Of a DNA stretch of 64,000 bases, positions 50,104 to 59,709 are shown piece after piece (the stretch's first letter is position 1; every line of letters starts with the position of its first letter). The DNA is taken from NCBI GenBank assembly GCA_035650735.1, contig DASRGZ010000056.1:1-64000 (forward strand), written 5' to 3'. Origin of the DNA: Chthonomonadaceae bacterium (GTDB lineage: Bacteria; Armatimonadota; Chthonomonadetes; Chthonomonadales; Chthonomonadaceae). Both the position numbers and the translations under genes were made by a program. The notes beneath the pieces were generated by a model. The model ran no database searches, had not been told where the DNA came from, and worked only from the letters and a program-made list of their open reading frames with translations.

Positions 50104-52185
50104 TCACAGCGCGAAGACGAACTTGAGCATGACGCGCTTGACGAAGCTCTTGGCGTTGGGGTCGCCGATGATAAAGTAGGTATCCATGCCGCCGCGCCCG
50201 GAGTTGCGGTAGGAGACAAAGAAGTTCGTGCCGCCGTTCTCGATTACCAGGCGTCCGCCCCAAGCGCGGTAGGGGCTGAGCTCATAATTGAACGTCAGGA
50301 TATGCTGCTGCGTCACGCCCTGGTAGTTCTCGATAAAGGAGCCGATGGAGATGTCCAGCTTCTTGAAGAGGCGGATGTTAAACGAAGGGCCAAACGAGGT
50401 ATAGGGCAGGTTGGCCTGCTGGCCTGTGGTAAAGGACAGATCCCACCGCCGAAACCGGTTCGAGACATTGCCGCCAATGTTGAACCCATAGATGAAATCC
50501 GTATCGTTGTCGAACTTGCCGCCCTCCACATGGAAGCCGATGCGATAGTCGTTACGGGTCTCAAAATTGACGCCCAGGCTGGCGCGGCGGCGGAACGGCC
50601 TGCCGTCCATATGCTCGTCAAAGAGCGGGTTGAAGAACAAGTTGAAGCGCCGGAACGGGCCGTGCTGCCACTGCGCGCCCCAGAAGGTATAGCTTGACCA
50701 GCCCCGGTAATCCGTGAAGCTGATAAACCCAAGCCGATCCAAGAAGTTGGGGGCCACATGCAGATATCGGATCGTCGTGAAGAAATTCTTATCTTCCAGG
50801 TTGATCGCGCTCGTCCAGGCTATGCCTCCAGCGCCGGGGCCTCCGGTCAGCGCCATCTCTCCATCCGTCGACCATTTCCCCTTGCGCGAGTGCGCCGCCA
50901 GCACGCCGACCGTGTTATCCTCTCCCGGAGCGCCCCGCTGCAACAGCATCAGGTTGGCGCCGGTCGTCGGCCCGAACTCCCGCCGCAGGTGCGCGACCCA
51001 ATTCATCTCATGCCCGACCGAGATCGTCCCCAGCATCCCCAGCGTCGTCTGCGGCGTGAGCTTGCCGTAGAGCTTCATGCCGGTATCCAACTGCTGGATG
51101 CGCCCGGACTCGAAAAACGATCCGATGGCATAGTCCTCGCCAAGCGTCAGGTAGTCGCTCCCCTCCAGGAAGAACGGGCGCTTATCCGGCACGTAGCGTT
51201 CGCTGCGCGTGAATCCGACGCTCTCCACCGCGCCTTCGACGGTGGCAAAATCCGGGTTGATGGTCGCCACAGAGGTCAGTTCCGGGGTCGGCTGGTAGCG
51301 CAGGTCCACCCCGGAACGGAACTGGCTGCGTCCCCCGGTCGCCTGCCCGCTCGGCATCAGATAGGGCAGGGCTGAGAAGCGGGGCCTCCATGCTTGCGTC
51401 GGCGGCGTCACGCCCTGCCAGAGCCCTTCCCGGTCGGTCCAGAACTGCGCGCCCAGGTTGCTCCAGTAGGCGTTAATCTTGGTACACTGCTGCCGACGGC
51501 AGAAGTTGACGCCCATCGTGATGGGGCCGCTGCTGCGCGGATAGGAGAGAATGGCCCAGGGAATGCGCATCTCCACCGTCCAGCCGTCGGGTGTGCGCCG
51601 GGCGGCGGCATCCCAATCCCCCTGCCACTCCAGCTTGCCCGCGCGCCCGCCGCCAAGCCGCGTGTTCCGCGTTCCGAGCGGGTTGACCGTAAAGGTGGAG
51701 TAGTCCTCCCACTTATAGGTCAGAAATGGATCGAGGATCAACTGTACGTTATCATCATTATTGAGTTCGGCATCACGCACCGTCTCCCGCGCGGCGATCT
51801 CGTTGGGGCGGCTATCGTGGCAGCGGAAGGCCGCGTAGATATAATCTTTGTCGTAGAGCAGGTAGGCTTCCGTCTGGTCGGGGGCAGGCTTGTCGGTCTG
51901 CGGATCGTAGAAGGTTCCGGCTTTGGCGGCGCGCTGCCAGACGGGATCGGAGAGGTCGCCATCAATGGTCGGGGGCTTGGCTTCGGCAGGCATCCGCACG
52001 GCCGGCAACGGGCGGTGCGCCGAGACATCCTGTGTTGGCTGCGCCAGTGTCGGCAGAGCCAGCGCCAACAGCCCGGCGAGGCTCAGCCCCTCCAGGAACC
52101 TGCGCAGGAGCGGGGAAAGTCCGGGAACGGAGGGGTGCGGTCTGCCCCCACAAACGGAAGACAGCGCAGGATGCAGTATCAGCAT
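50104..52185 (-). CDS. CBM9-like / DUF5916 outer-membrane protein
   Basis: PTIDGDLSDPVW, WTVEMRIPW, TINPDF, DKRPFFLEG; beta-barrel-like C-terminus. Confidence 0.75.
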   Translation of the reverse strand: MLILHPALSSVCGGRPHPSVPGLSPLLRRFLEGLSLAGLLALALPTLAQPTQDVSAHRPLPAVRMPAEAKPPTIDGDLSDPVWQRAAKAGTFYDPQTDKPAPDQTEAYLLYDKDYIYAAFRCHDSRPNEIAARETVRDAELNNDDNVQLILDPFLTYKWEDYSTFTVNPLGTRNTRLGGGRAGKLEWQGDWDAAARRTPDGWTVEMRIPWAILSYPRSSGPITMGVNFCRRQQCTKINAYWSNLGAQFWTDREGLWQGVTPPTQAWRPRFSALPYLMPSGQATGGRSQFRSGVDLRYQPTPELTSVATINPDFATVEGAVESVGFTRSERYVPDKRPFFLEGSDYLTLGEDYAIGSFFESGRIQQLDTGMKLYGKLTPQTTLGMLGTISVGHEMNWVAHLRREFGPTTGANLMLLQRGAPGEDNTVGVLAAHSRKGKWSTDGEMALTGGPGAGGIAWTSAINLEDKNFFTTIRYLHVAPNFLDRLGFISFTDYRGWSSYTFWGAQWQHGPFRRFNLFFNPLFDEHMDGRPFRRRASLGVNFETRNDYRIGFHVEGGKFDNDTDFIYGFNIGGNVSNRFRRWDLSFTTGQQANLPYTSFGPSFNIRLFKKLDISIGSFIENYQGVTQQHILTFNYELSPYRAWGGRLVIENGGTNFFVSYRNSGRGGMDTYFIIGDPNAKSFVKRVMLKFVFAL

Positions 52186-52257
52186 CGGTCTTGCTTCTCC
52201 TGGCACTGCGGGACAACAACCCCGCAAAATCATCACGCCCAATAGCCTGCGGCGCCG

Positions 52258-52950
52258 CTAGGCTATCTCTTTATCGTCGCCAGCTGGCTCAACAGGAACC
52301 GGCTGGCTCAACAGGAAATTGTACCTTATCATAAACCTCGGAGAGAAGCAGCGTGCAATCAATCGAGGCGATGTAGACCCTGGACTCCAGGCCGCTGGCG
52401 GTAGATAGCAACCATTGGTTGTCAGATTTCTTTATAAAGACCTGCTGGAGCGGCCTCTGAGCGAGGTAGATAGCAACCATTGGTTGTCAGATTGCCTGGT
52501 ATAATGCTCGATGCGCAGCTCATCCTGGGAGATTAAAAGATAATCGGTCAGGGAATCGATCTTTCGGTAGTTGGCAAACTTCTTGCCTCGATCAAAGGCT
52601 TCTGTAGAGGGGGAGAGCACTTCGACGATGGCCATGGGGTTGAGAAGCACATCCCGGCGCTCATCAGGAAAGCGCATCGTGGCGCACACAACGGAAACGT
52701 CTGGATGGGCGTACAGCCCCGTTGAGCTTGTCCTGACCTTCATATCGCTCGAAAACACCCAGCAGGGCTTCCCTTTCAACTGCAATGCGATTACCGCGGT
52801 GCCATTCACCGTAATGGTACTATGCTCTGGGCCGCCTCCTGACATGGCGTAAATCTGGCCATCCAGGTACTCGCTTTTAAATTCCGAACTGCGCTCTAAC
52901 TCCAGGTACTCTTCCGGCGTATAGCGCGTTTTTTTGGCCTGCGTAACCAT
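52258..52950 (-). pseudogene. Uma2 (DUF820) endonuclease, frameshifted by two duplications
   Basis: YTPEEYL, KSEYLDG, PDVSVVC, VEVLSPST..DRG.K; 65-nt insertion at 52400-52493 and 19-nt duplication at 52283-52317. Confidence 0.88.
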
Positions 52951-53146
52951 TGCGTTGCCTCCCTCGCCAATCGCACCTACCATTGTACCACGCTGTCGGG
53001 CACAAGCCAGATCATGCCTCCTTCGAAATGCGTTGGGACTTTCACGCCGACACATTATGACCACTCCGGGGCACCCAAAGTTACAGGAAAAGGCCGCGCA
53101 AAAAAGGACTCTGACCGCGCCAGGCTCCTTCCGTCCTCTCTTCTCT

Positions 53147-53317
53147 CCCCTCATCCCCGGCCCTTCTCCCTCCAAGGGAGAAGGGAGAGGAGAAGCCAGG
53201 GTTTGCCTCTGTCTGCGTAGGTAGAACGTTCCGCCCACGCAGGTAGGCGAGACTCTCTGCCTGCGCAGGCAGGCAGCGGGCCGCAGGCCCCACAGCGGCA
53301 GGGTTTAGCCTGCCGGG
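53147..53317. repeat. Palindromic repeat cluster (CCCTC hairpin plus REP-like module)
   Basis: ccctcatccccggccccttctccc-gggagaaggg; 53257-53317 matches 60545-60605 inverted at 53/61 nt. Confidence 0.8.
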
Positions 53318-53415
53318 CGCATTAGTCGGCAGGAACCTTCCGGGGTGCGGTGGAACTTTACGGCGCGAATAGCTATCTCTGCTCAACTCACCATCCGGGA
53401 GGAGAGGACGCCGCC

Positions 53416-56400
53416 ATGCTCAAGCATCCCGAACTGACACGCCAGCGCATAGAAGCCTTCCTGAAGGAAACGCTGCGGTCTCGTCTGTGGCACACGCAGG
53501 TTCCCCTGGAGGCAGCCGTCTATCGGCCCCAGGGCGACCCGCGCGACTACCGCGATCTGCGGATCGCTCCGGCGGAGGCGGCCCGGTATGAATACACGCC
53601 GGTTCAGCCTGGCTTTGCCTGGGGGCCGGTCTGGTCGGATGCCTGGTTCCGGTTTACCGGCGCGGTGCCCGCCGAATGGAAGGGCAAGAAAGTCGTCGCC
53701 CGGCTGGATACCGGCGCCGAGTCCATCGTCTGGGACGGCGACAATCCCCTACAGGGCATAGACGGCCAGCATGGCGAGATACTGCTGTTGGAGCGGGCGC
53801 AAGGCGGGGAGCCGGTAACGCTGACCGTCCAGGCGACGGGCATGAACCCCAGCATCAGCGTGCATGGCAAGCCCAGAGAGCCGGCTTCGACGCCATTTAC
53901 CTTCCGCTATGCCAACCTTGCCGTCTATGATGAGGAGCTGATCGGCCTCTATCTGGATGTCAACGTTGCCTTCGGCGTGATGAACGAGCAGCCGCCGGAC
54001 AGCCCTCGCTTCGGCCAGCTTCTCTATGCGCTGAATGAGACCATCAACCTCTACGATGCCGACGACCCGGCCACCATCCCGGCGGCCCGCCAGCGCCTCG
54101 CCCAAACCTACGACAAGCCCGCCGTCCCCTCCGCACACCATATCAGCGCCATCGGCCACGCCCATATTGATACGGCCTGGCTCTGGCCGCTGGAGCGCAC
54201 GCAATACAAGTGCCTCCATACCTTCGCCACCGCTACCCGCTACATGGATCAGTACCCGGAGTATAAATTCCTCTGCTCGCAGGCCGCGCAGTACGCATGG
54301 GTCAAGCAGATGGCCCCCAGGCTCTACGCACGCATCAAGGAGAAGATCCAGAGCGGGCAGTGGGAGGTCACGGGCAGCATGTGGGTGGAGGCTGACTGCA
54401 ATCTGAGCGGCGGCGAAAGTCTGGTGCGGCAAATCCTACATGGTAAGAACTTCTTCAAGGACGAGTTCGGCATCGAAACGCAAGACCTGTGGCTGCCGGA
54501 CGTGTTCGGCTACGCCGCCGCCCTGCCGCAGATACTCAAGAAGGCGCGCATTGACTACTTCCTGACGCAGAAGATCTCCTGGAACCAGATCAACAAGTTT
54601 CCGCATCACACATTCTACTGGCAGGGCATTGACGGCACGCGCATCTTCACTCACTTCCCGCCCGCTGACACCTACAACGCCGCCATGACACCCCAGGAGC
54701 TGGCCTACAACGTGCGTAATTTCCGCGAGCACGACCGGGCGACCCGGTCGCTCTACGTCTTCGGCTACGGCGATGGCGGCGGTGGCCCGACGGTGGAGAT
54801 GCTGGAGAACGCGCGCCGCCTGCGCAACGTCGAGGGAATGCCGACCGTTGAGATTGAAAAGTCCTCCGAGTTTTTCAAGAAGGCGGAGGCGGACGCTAAA
54901 GACCTGCCGATCTGGGTCGGGGAGCTTTACCTGGAGCTGCATCGCGGCACCTATACCACGCAGGCCCGCAACAAGCAGGGCAACCGCAGGAGTGAGTTCC
55001 TGCTGCGCGACGCCGAGTTCCTGAGCGTGGTCAGCCCAAGCGGCCTAACCTCCTATCCGCTGGACGAGCTCGACCGCGCCTGGAAAACGACGCTGCTCAA
55101 CCAGTTCCACGATATTCTTCCTGGCTCCAGCGTGAACGAGGTCTATCGGGATAGCGCGCAGGACTACGCCGAGATCGCGCGCGCCGCCAGCGAGATCATC
55201 GCTGGCGCAACCCAGTCGCTTGCCGATCAGATCGGCACGCTCAGCATGCGGCGGCCCCTTCTGGTCATCAGCAATCTGAGCTATTTCGCCAACGAGGCCA
55301 TCGAGGTTCCGCTGCGGGAGGGAGAGGAACCGGCGGCGGCGGTCGGGCCGGACGGCACGGCCATGCCGGTGCAGGTGAACGAGGCAGAGGGCGGGCGCAC
55401 CGCCCTCTTCGTTGCCAAGAACCTGCCGCTGCACGGCTACGCGGTCTGGGATCTGAGCGCGACGAGCGTGCCGCCACAGGACATCGAGGATACGGTCACG
55501 GTTTCCGAGACGCACTTAGAAAATGGGGCCGTGCGCGTGGAGTTCGAGGCCAGAACGGGCCTGATCACCCGCATCCTGGATAAAGACAGCGAGCGCGAGG
55601 TTCTCAGCGAGACGTATGCGCGCGATCAGAACGGCAATCCGGTGGGCGAGCCCGTCGTGAGCGCCTGCGCCAACCAGTTCCAGCTTTTTGAAGATAAGCC
55701 GCTGTTCTGGGACGCCTGGGACATTGACGTCTACGCCTTCGAAAAGCACCGGATTGTTACGGAACTCGATTCGGTGGAGGTCATCGAGAACGGTCCAGTC
55801 CGGGGAGCTATCCGGTTCGCCCGCACCTTGCCCGGAGGCCGCTCCCGGATCACGCAGACAGTGCGCCTGACCGCAGGCAGCGCCCGCCTGGATTTCGTGA
55901 CGGAGGTGGACTGGCATGAGTCGGAGAAGATGCTCAAGGTCGCCTTCCCGGTCGCCGTCAACAGCCCTCGCGCCACCTATGAGATCCAGTACGGCCATGT
56001 GGAACGGCCCACGCACTACAACACCAGTTGGGATCTGGCTCGCTTTGAGGTCTGCGCGCAGAAGTGGGTGGATCTGAGCGAAGGCGATTACGGCGTGGCG
56101 CTCCTCAACAACTGCAAGTACGGCCACGACGTACACGGCAACGTGCTGCGCCTGACACTGCTGCGCTCTCCCAAAGCCCCCGACCCGGAGGCGGACATGG
56201 GCCGGCACACCTTCACCTATGCCCTGCTGCCTCACGGCGGCGACTTCCGCGAGGGCGAGGTCGTCGAGAACGCCTATGCCCTCAACAGCCCGCCGACCGT
56301 CCGCGCCATCACGGGCAACAAGGCCGGGCCGCTGCCCCTGGAGCGCTCGTTCTTCGAGGTAGATAACGCTGCAGTCTTCATCGAGGCGATCAAGCGGGCG

Positions 56401-56604
56401 GAGAAAGAAGAGGCGATCATCGTCCGGCTCTATGAAGCGCACAACACGCGCGGCCTGGTCACCCTGACGACGACGCTGCCGGTGAAGCGGGCCTTCCTGG
56501 CCGACCTGATGGAGACCAACCTCGCGGAGTTGCCGCTTTCGGGGGGAGAGGTCGTCCTGCCCATCCTGCCATTCGAGATCCTGACGGTGAAGTTCTTGCT
56601 TTAA
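53416..56604 (+). CDS. GH38 alpha-mannosidase
   Basis: GHAHIDTAWLW, WLPDVFGY, GYGDGGGGP, ELHRGTYT, NQFHDILPGS. Confidence 0.95.
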   Translation: MLKHPELTRQRIEAFLKETLRSRLWHTQVPLEAAVYRPQGDPRDYRDLRIAPAEAARYEYTPVQPGFAWGPVWSDAWFRFTGAVPAEWKGKKVVARLDTGAESIVWDGDNPLQGIDGQHGEILLLERAQGGEPVTLTVQATGMNPSISVHGKPREPASTPFTFRYANLAVYDEELIGLYLDVNVAFGVMNEQPPDSPRFGQLLYALNETINLYDADDPATIPAARQRLAQTYDKPAVPSAHHISAIGHAHIDTAWLWPLERTQYKCLHTFATATRYMDQYPEYKFLCSQAAQYAWVKQMAPRLYARIKEKIQSGQWEVTGSMWVEADCNLSGGESLVRQILHGKNFFKDEFGIETQDLWLPDVFGYAAALPQILKKARIDYFLTQKISWNQINKFPHHTFYWQGIDGTRIFTHFPPADTYNAAMTPQELAYNVRNFREHDRATRSLYVFGYGDGGGGPTVEMLENARRLRNVEGMPTVEIEKSSEFFKKAEADAKDLPIWVGELYLELHRGTYTTQARNKQGNRRSEFLLRDAEFLSVVSPSGLTSYPLDELDRAWKTTLLNQFHDILPGSSVNEVYRDSAQDYAEIARAASEIIAGATQSLADQIGTLSMRRPLLVISNLSYFANEAIEVPLREGEEPAAAVGPDGTAMPVQVNEAEGGRTALFVAKNLPLHGYAVWDLSATSVPPQDIEDTVTVSETHLENGAVRVEFEARTGLITRILDKDSEREVLSETYARDQNGNPVGEPVVSACANQFQLFEDKPLFWDAWDIDVYAFEKHRIVTELDSVEVIENGPVRGAIRFARTLPGGRSRITQTVRLTAGSARLDFVTEVDWHESEKMLKVAFPVAVNSPRATYEIQYGHVERPTHYNTSWDLARFEVCAQKWVDLSEGDYGVALLNNCKYGHDVHGNVLRLTLLRSPKAPDPEADMGRHTFTYALLPHGGDFREGEVVENAYALNSPPTVRAITGNKAGPLPLERSFFEVDNAAVFIEAIKRAEKEEAIIVRLYEAHNTRGLVTLTTTLPVKRAFLADLMETNLAELPLSGGEVVLPILPFEILTVKFLL

Positions 56605-56611
56605 TACATCT

Positions 56612-57562
56612 ATGCCCGTTCATATACAATCCCTGCAATATCAGGATTACCCGGCATCGGTACGCCTCCTCAATACGGCCTGCCCGGAGCGCACCGAGAC
56701 GGCAGAGGCATGGCAGCGCGCCGACGAGCAAGGATCGGAGACGCACCGCATTCCCCGGCGCTACGCAGCAGTGGATACGGAAGAGCAGACTGTCCTCGGC
56801 TATGCGTCTATCTGGCCTGTGCGCTTTCCGAAATTCAGGATGGACCTGGCTGTGGCCGCAGAGAAGCGCAGGCAGGGGATCGGCAGCCTGCTCTTCCAGC
56901 GCTTGCTGGAGGATCTGGAAGCTTTGGGAGCGGCGACCGTTCAGGCCAGAGCCAGGGAGGACAGAACGGAAGCCCTGGCGTTTCTGAACCGACGAGGCTT
57001 TGTAGAGACGCAGAGGATGCGTGAGTTGCGCCTGGATCTGAGGACAGCGGATCTATCGCTCCTCCTGCCGGTTATCGAAGCCCTGAAGCAGCGCGGCGTC
57101 GAGTTTGTCACGCTGGCCCAGGAACGCGAACGTACCGGGGACTATATGCGCAAACTCCATGATCTCCAGCAGGCGGCGGTTCCGACCTGGCCCGATCCCG
57201 ATCCGAGTCCCGATCCACCGTCCTGGTCGTATGAAGATTCCGTACGCTTTTTCCAGGGGACGCAGGCTCTTCCCGATGCCTTCTATATTGCCAGGCTGGG
57301 GGAGCAGTACCTTGGCTATAGCGGTCTTGCCACCAGGGAGGACAGGCCCGATTGCCTCGACTCGGCGGGGACGGCGGTGCACCCCAATTATCGCAGACAA
57401 GGTATCGCCCTCGCCCTCAAAACTCTGGGGCTGCTCTATGCCAGGCAGCATGGCTATCCGGCTATCGCCACACGGAGCGCCAACCCGGCAATGATCGCGC
57501 TCAACGAGAAGCTAGGCTTTCGGCGTGGGGCAAGCGAGGTGAGATTAGTGAAGCAGTTATAG
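56612..57562 (+). CDS. Tandem GNAT acetyltransferase
   Basis: Two RRQGI acetyl-CoA motifs; AMIALNEKLGF. Confidence 0.9.
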   Translation: MPVHIQSLQYQDYPASVRLLNTACPERTETAEAWQRADEQGSETHRIPRRYAAVDTEEQTVLGYASIWPVRFPKFRMDLAVAAEKRRQGIGSLLFQRLLEDLEALGAATVQARAREDRTEALAFLNRRGFVETQRMRELRLDLRTADLSLLLPVIEALKQRGVEFVTLAQERERTGDYMRKLHDLQQAAVPTWPDPDPSPDPPSWSYEDSVRFFQGTQALPDAFYIARLGEQYLGYSGLATREDRPDCLDSAGTAVHPNYRRQGIALALKTLGLLYARQHGYPAIATRSANPAMIALNEKLGFRRGASEVRLVKQL

Positions 57563-57572
57563 AGTGAGGTCT

Positions 57573-57617
57573 TCCCCCTCTCCCGCAGCGTAGGAGAGGG
57601 GGACAGGGGGTGAGGGC
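57573..57617. repeat. Single-hairpin CCCTCACCCC repeat
   Basis: Near-identical inverted copy at 58403-58446. Confidence 0.85.
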
Positions 57618-57642
57618 CATAGGGTCGGGGACGTCAGGTAAA

Positions 57643-58260
57643 CTAACGCTTGAGTGCGTCGTAGCGCTTGCCGACCTCGTCCCAGTTGACGACGTTCCAC
57701 CAGGCGGCAAGATAGTCCGGACGGCGATTCTGGTACTTCAGGTAGTAGGCATGCTCCCACACATCCACGCCGAGGATGGGATTCTTGCCTTCCATCAGCG
57801 GATTATCCTGATTGGCCGTGCTGATGACCGAGAGGTTGCCGTTGTTATCGGCGACGAGCCAGGCCCAGCCGCTGCCGAAGCGTTTTGCGCCCGCATCGTT
57901 GACCTGCTTTTTCAGGGTTTCGACATCGCCGAAGGTGGAATTAATGGCCTGGGCGAGCGCGCCGGTCGGCGTCTGGCTGCCGCCAGGCCGCATGATCTCC
58001 CAGAACATCGTGTGGTTGATATGGCCGCCTCCATTGTTGCGGACTGCGGTGCGGATGTTCTCCGGCACAGCGTTGAGGTTGGAGACAATCTCCTCGATGC
58101 TCTTGTTAAAAAACTCCGGCGCCTCCTTCAGAGCCGCGTTCAGATTATTGACGTAGGCTGCGTGGTGCTTATCGTGATGCAGATGCATCGTCTCCTCATC
58201 AATCGTCGGCTCCAGTGCATTGTACGGATAGGGCAGCGGTGGCAGAGTAAATTCTGGCAT
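57643..58260 (-). CDS. sodA: Superoxide dismutase (Mn-type signature)
   Basis: [32 protein letters not shown]. Confidence 0.95.
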   Translation of the reverse strand: MPEFTLPPLPYPYNALEPTIDEETMHLHHDKHHAAYVNNLNAALKEAPEFFNKSIEEIVSNLNAVPENIRTAVRNNGGGHINHTMFWEIMRPGGSQTPTGALAQAINSTFGDVETLKKQVNDAGAKRFGSGWAWLVADNNGNLSVISTANQDNPLMEGKNPILGVDVWEHAYYLKYQNRRPDYLAAWWNVVNWDEVGKRYDALKR

Positions 58261-58402
58261 TGCGAGGTTCTCCTTCCTGGGATAGATTGACGGGGCGTAT
58301 TCGTCGCCCTCGCACAATTAACAGTTTACCGCACAGAGCGCGGTTTTTCTGCCTGTACAAAAGAGCAGGAGCGTGAATCAGAGCGAAGCTGATTTGAAAA
58401 TC

Positions 58403-58446
58403 GCCCTCACCCCCTTCCCCTCTCCTACGCTGCGGGAGAGGGGAGA
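58403..58446. repeat. Single-hairpin CCCTCACCCC repeat
   Basis: gccctcacccccttcccctctcctacgctgcgggagaggggg. Confidence 0.85.
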
Positions 58447-58570
58447 GGCATTGTCCTGCGAGAGGGTGACCCGAAGGGGCATGGAAGGCTGTTGTGAATG
58501 GAGCGCCGATTTTTGGCGGTGGAGAAGAAGGAGCGCCCTGAGCTTGGATCGCACTGGAAAGAACAGTATC

Positions 58571-59641
58571 ATGGAGAGGTTGGAGTCCCGGCAGGCAGCG
58601 CTCGCCGATCTGTTAGCGGCGGCCCCCTATGCGGCGCTTCCCTATCTGGCGGTAGAGAAATGGCTGTCCCCGGCAGTATCTATCCCGTTCTTCCTGGGCA
58701 TGACGGGCGGCGTGGCGCGCACGGCAGCGGATACGCCGTCGCTGAGTGATCTGAGGGCGATGCTGCTTCCCGGCCTGGCCGCGCTGGGCCTGCGCGCAGA
58801 GTTGCGCCCGCTGCCCGAGGAAGACGCCGCACTGCGCCGCTGCCTGAACGAACGCCTGCGGCATACTGCCCTCGTGCTTGTCTACGCCTTTCCCGGCGAG
58901 CCGGAAATCGTTTCCTCAGAACAGGCAAGCAGTCCCGAACAGGAGGCGGCGGTGTCTGCCGATACCGGGGATGGGGAGCGGAAAGCCACGCGGCAGGCGC
59001 TGCTAGTGGCGATAGAGACCGGGGGAGAGTTTGTCGTCCGGGCCGACACGCAAGGACAGGAGATCTGGGAAACCGCCGCCGGGTTTCGCGGAGCCTTCAC
59101 GCACTGGCTCCGGGTGACGCGGGCGCAGACCAGGGGCAGCCGCCGCGCCAACGTGCGCGCCGCACTGCTGCGCTGGCTCGCCTTTTCGGATGCCTATCCC
59201 GACCGGATACTCACGTCGGAAGCCGGGGATGCGGCGCTGCGAGCGTATGCCGCCGCGTTTTTGCGCGAGATCATCGGCAGGCAGCGCCGCCCGTTTGCAA
59301 CGCGCCTGCGGTGGGCAGCGGATGCCTTTGATCAGGCTCGCTCAGAGGCGTACATCCAGACGGCGCTCTATTATATACGGTTAGCGGTTTTGCTGGATCT
59401 GCGGCTGCCGGCTGTCATGCAGGGCGCGCTGCTCGCGCCGCCTGTCAGGCCCCTGAACGATATCGAGCGCCGGGAGCTTATCTATCTGGCGCGCGCCGGA
59501 ACCCGCGACATCAAGGCGCTGGCGACGAGACGCCTGACCTACGAGCGCCACCATGGGGATGTGTGCAGTACGCTGCAACAGCTTGCCCATGACGCCGATG
59601 CCTGGGTGCGCGCCGCCGCGCTCTCCGCAACAACAGGCTAA
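58571..59641 (+). CDS. Hypothetical protein with C-terminal HEAT-like repeat
   Basis: LQQLAHDADAWVRAAA; upstream in-frame sequence is repeat-derived, so the start was moved to 58571. Confidence 0.6.
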   Translation: MERLESRQAALADLLAAAPYAALPYLAVEKWLSPAVSIPFFLGMTGGVARTAADTPSLSDLRAMLLPGLAALGLRAELRPLPEEDAALRRCLNERLRHTALVLVYAFPGEPEIVSSEQASSPEQEAAVSADTGDGERKATRQALLVAIETGGEFVVRADTQGQEIWETAAGFRGAFTHWLRVTRAQTRGSRRANVRAALLRWLAFSDAYPDRILTSEAGDAALRAYAAAFLREIIGRQRRPFATRLRWAADAFDQARSEAYIQTALYYIRLAVLLDLRLPAVMQGALLAPPVRPLNDIERRELIYLARAGTRDIKALATRRLTYERHHGDVCSTLQQLAHDADAWVRAAALSATTG

Positions 59642-59709
59642 TTTTGTGCCTGTTCCCCGCTTGTCCAGGATTCTATCTACTTAGCAACCTGGCCCCCTAC
59701 TGCAATGGG

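Noticed and set aside
52111..52307. GGAAAGTCCGGG and ACAGGAACCGGCT resemble RNase P RNA ends
   Set aside because: Only ~190 nt apart, the internal conserved regions are missing, and both lie antisense within CDS or duplicated sequence.
52400..52493. Calling a canonical CRISPR array
   Set aside because: Only two repeats, derived from Uma2 coding sequence, with no leader or cas genes. Kept as a finding only.
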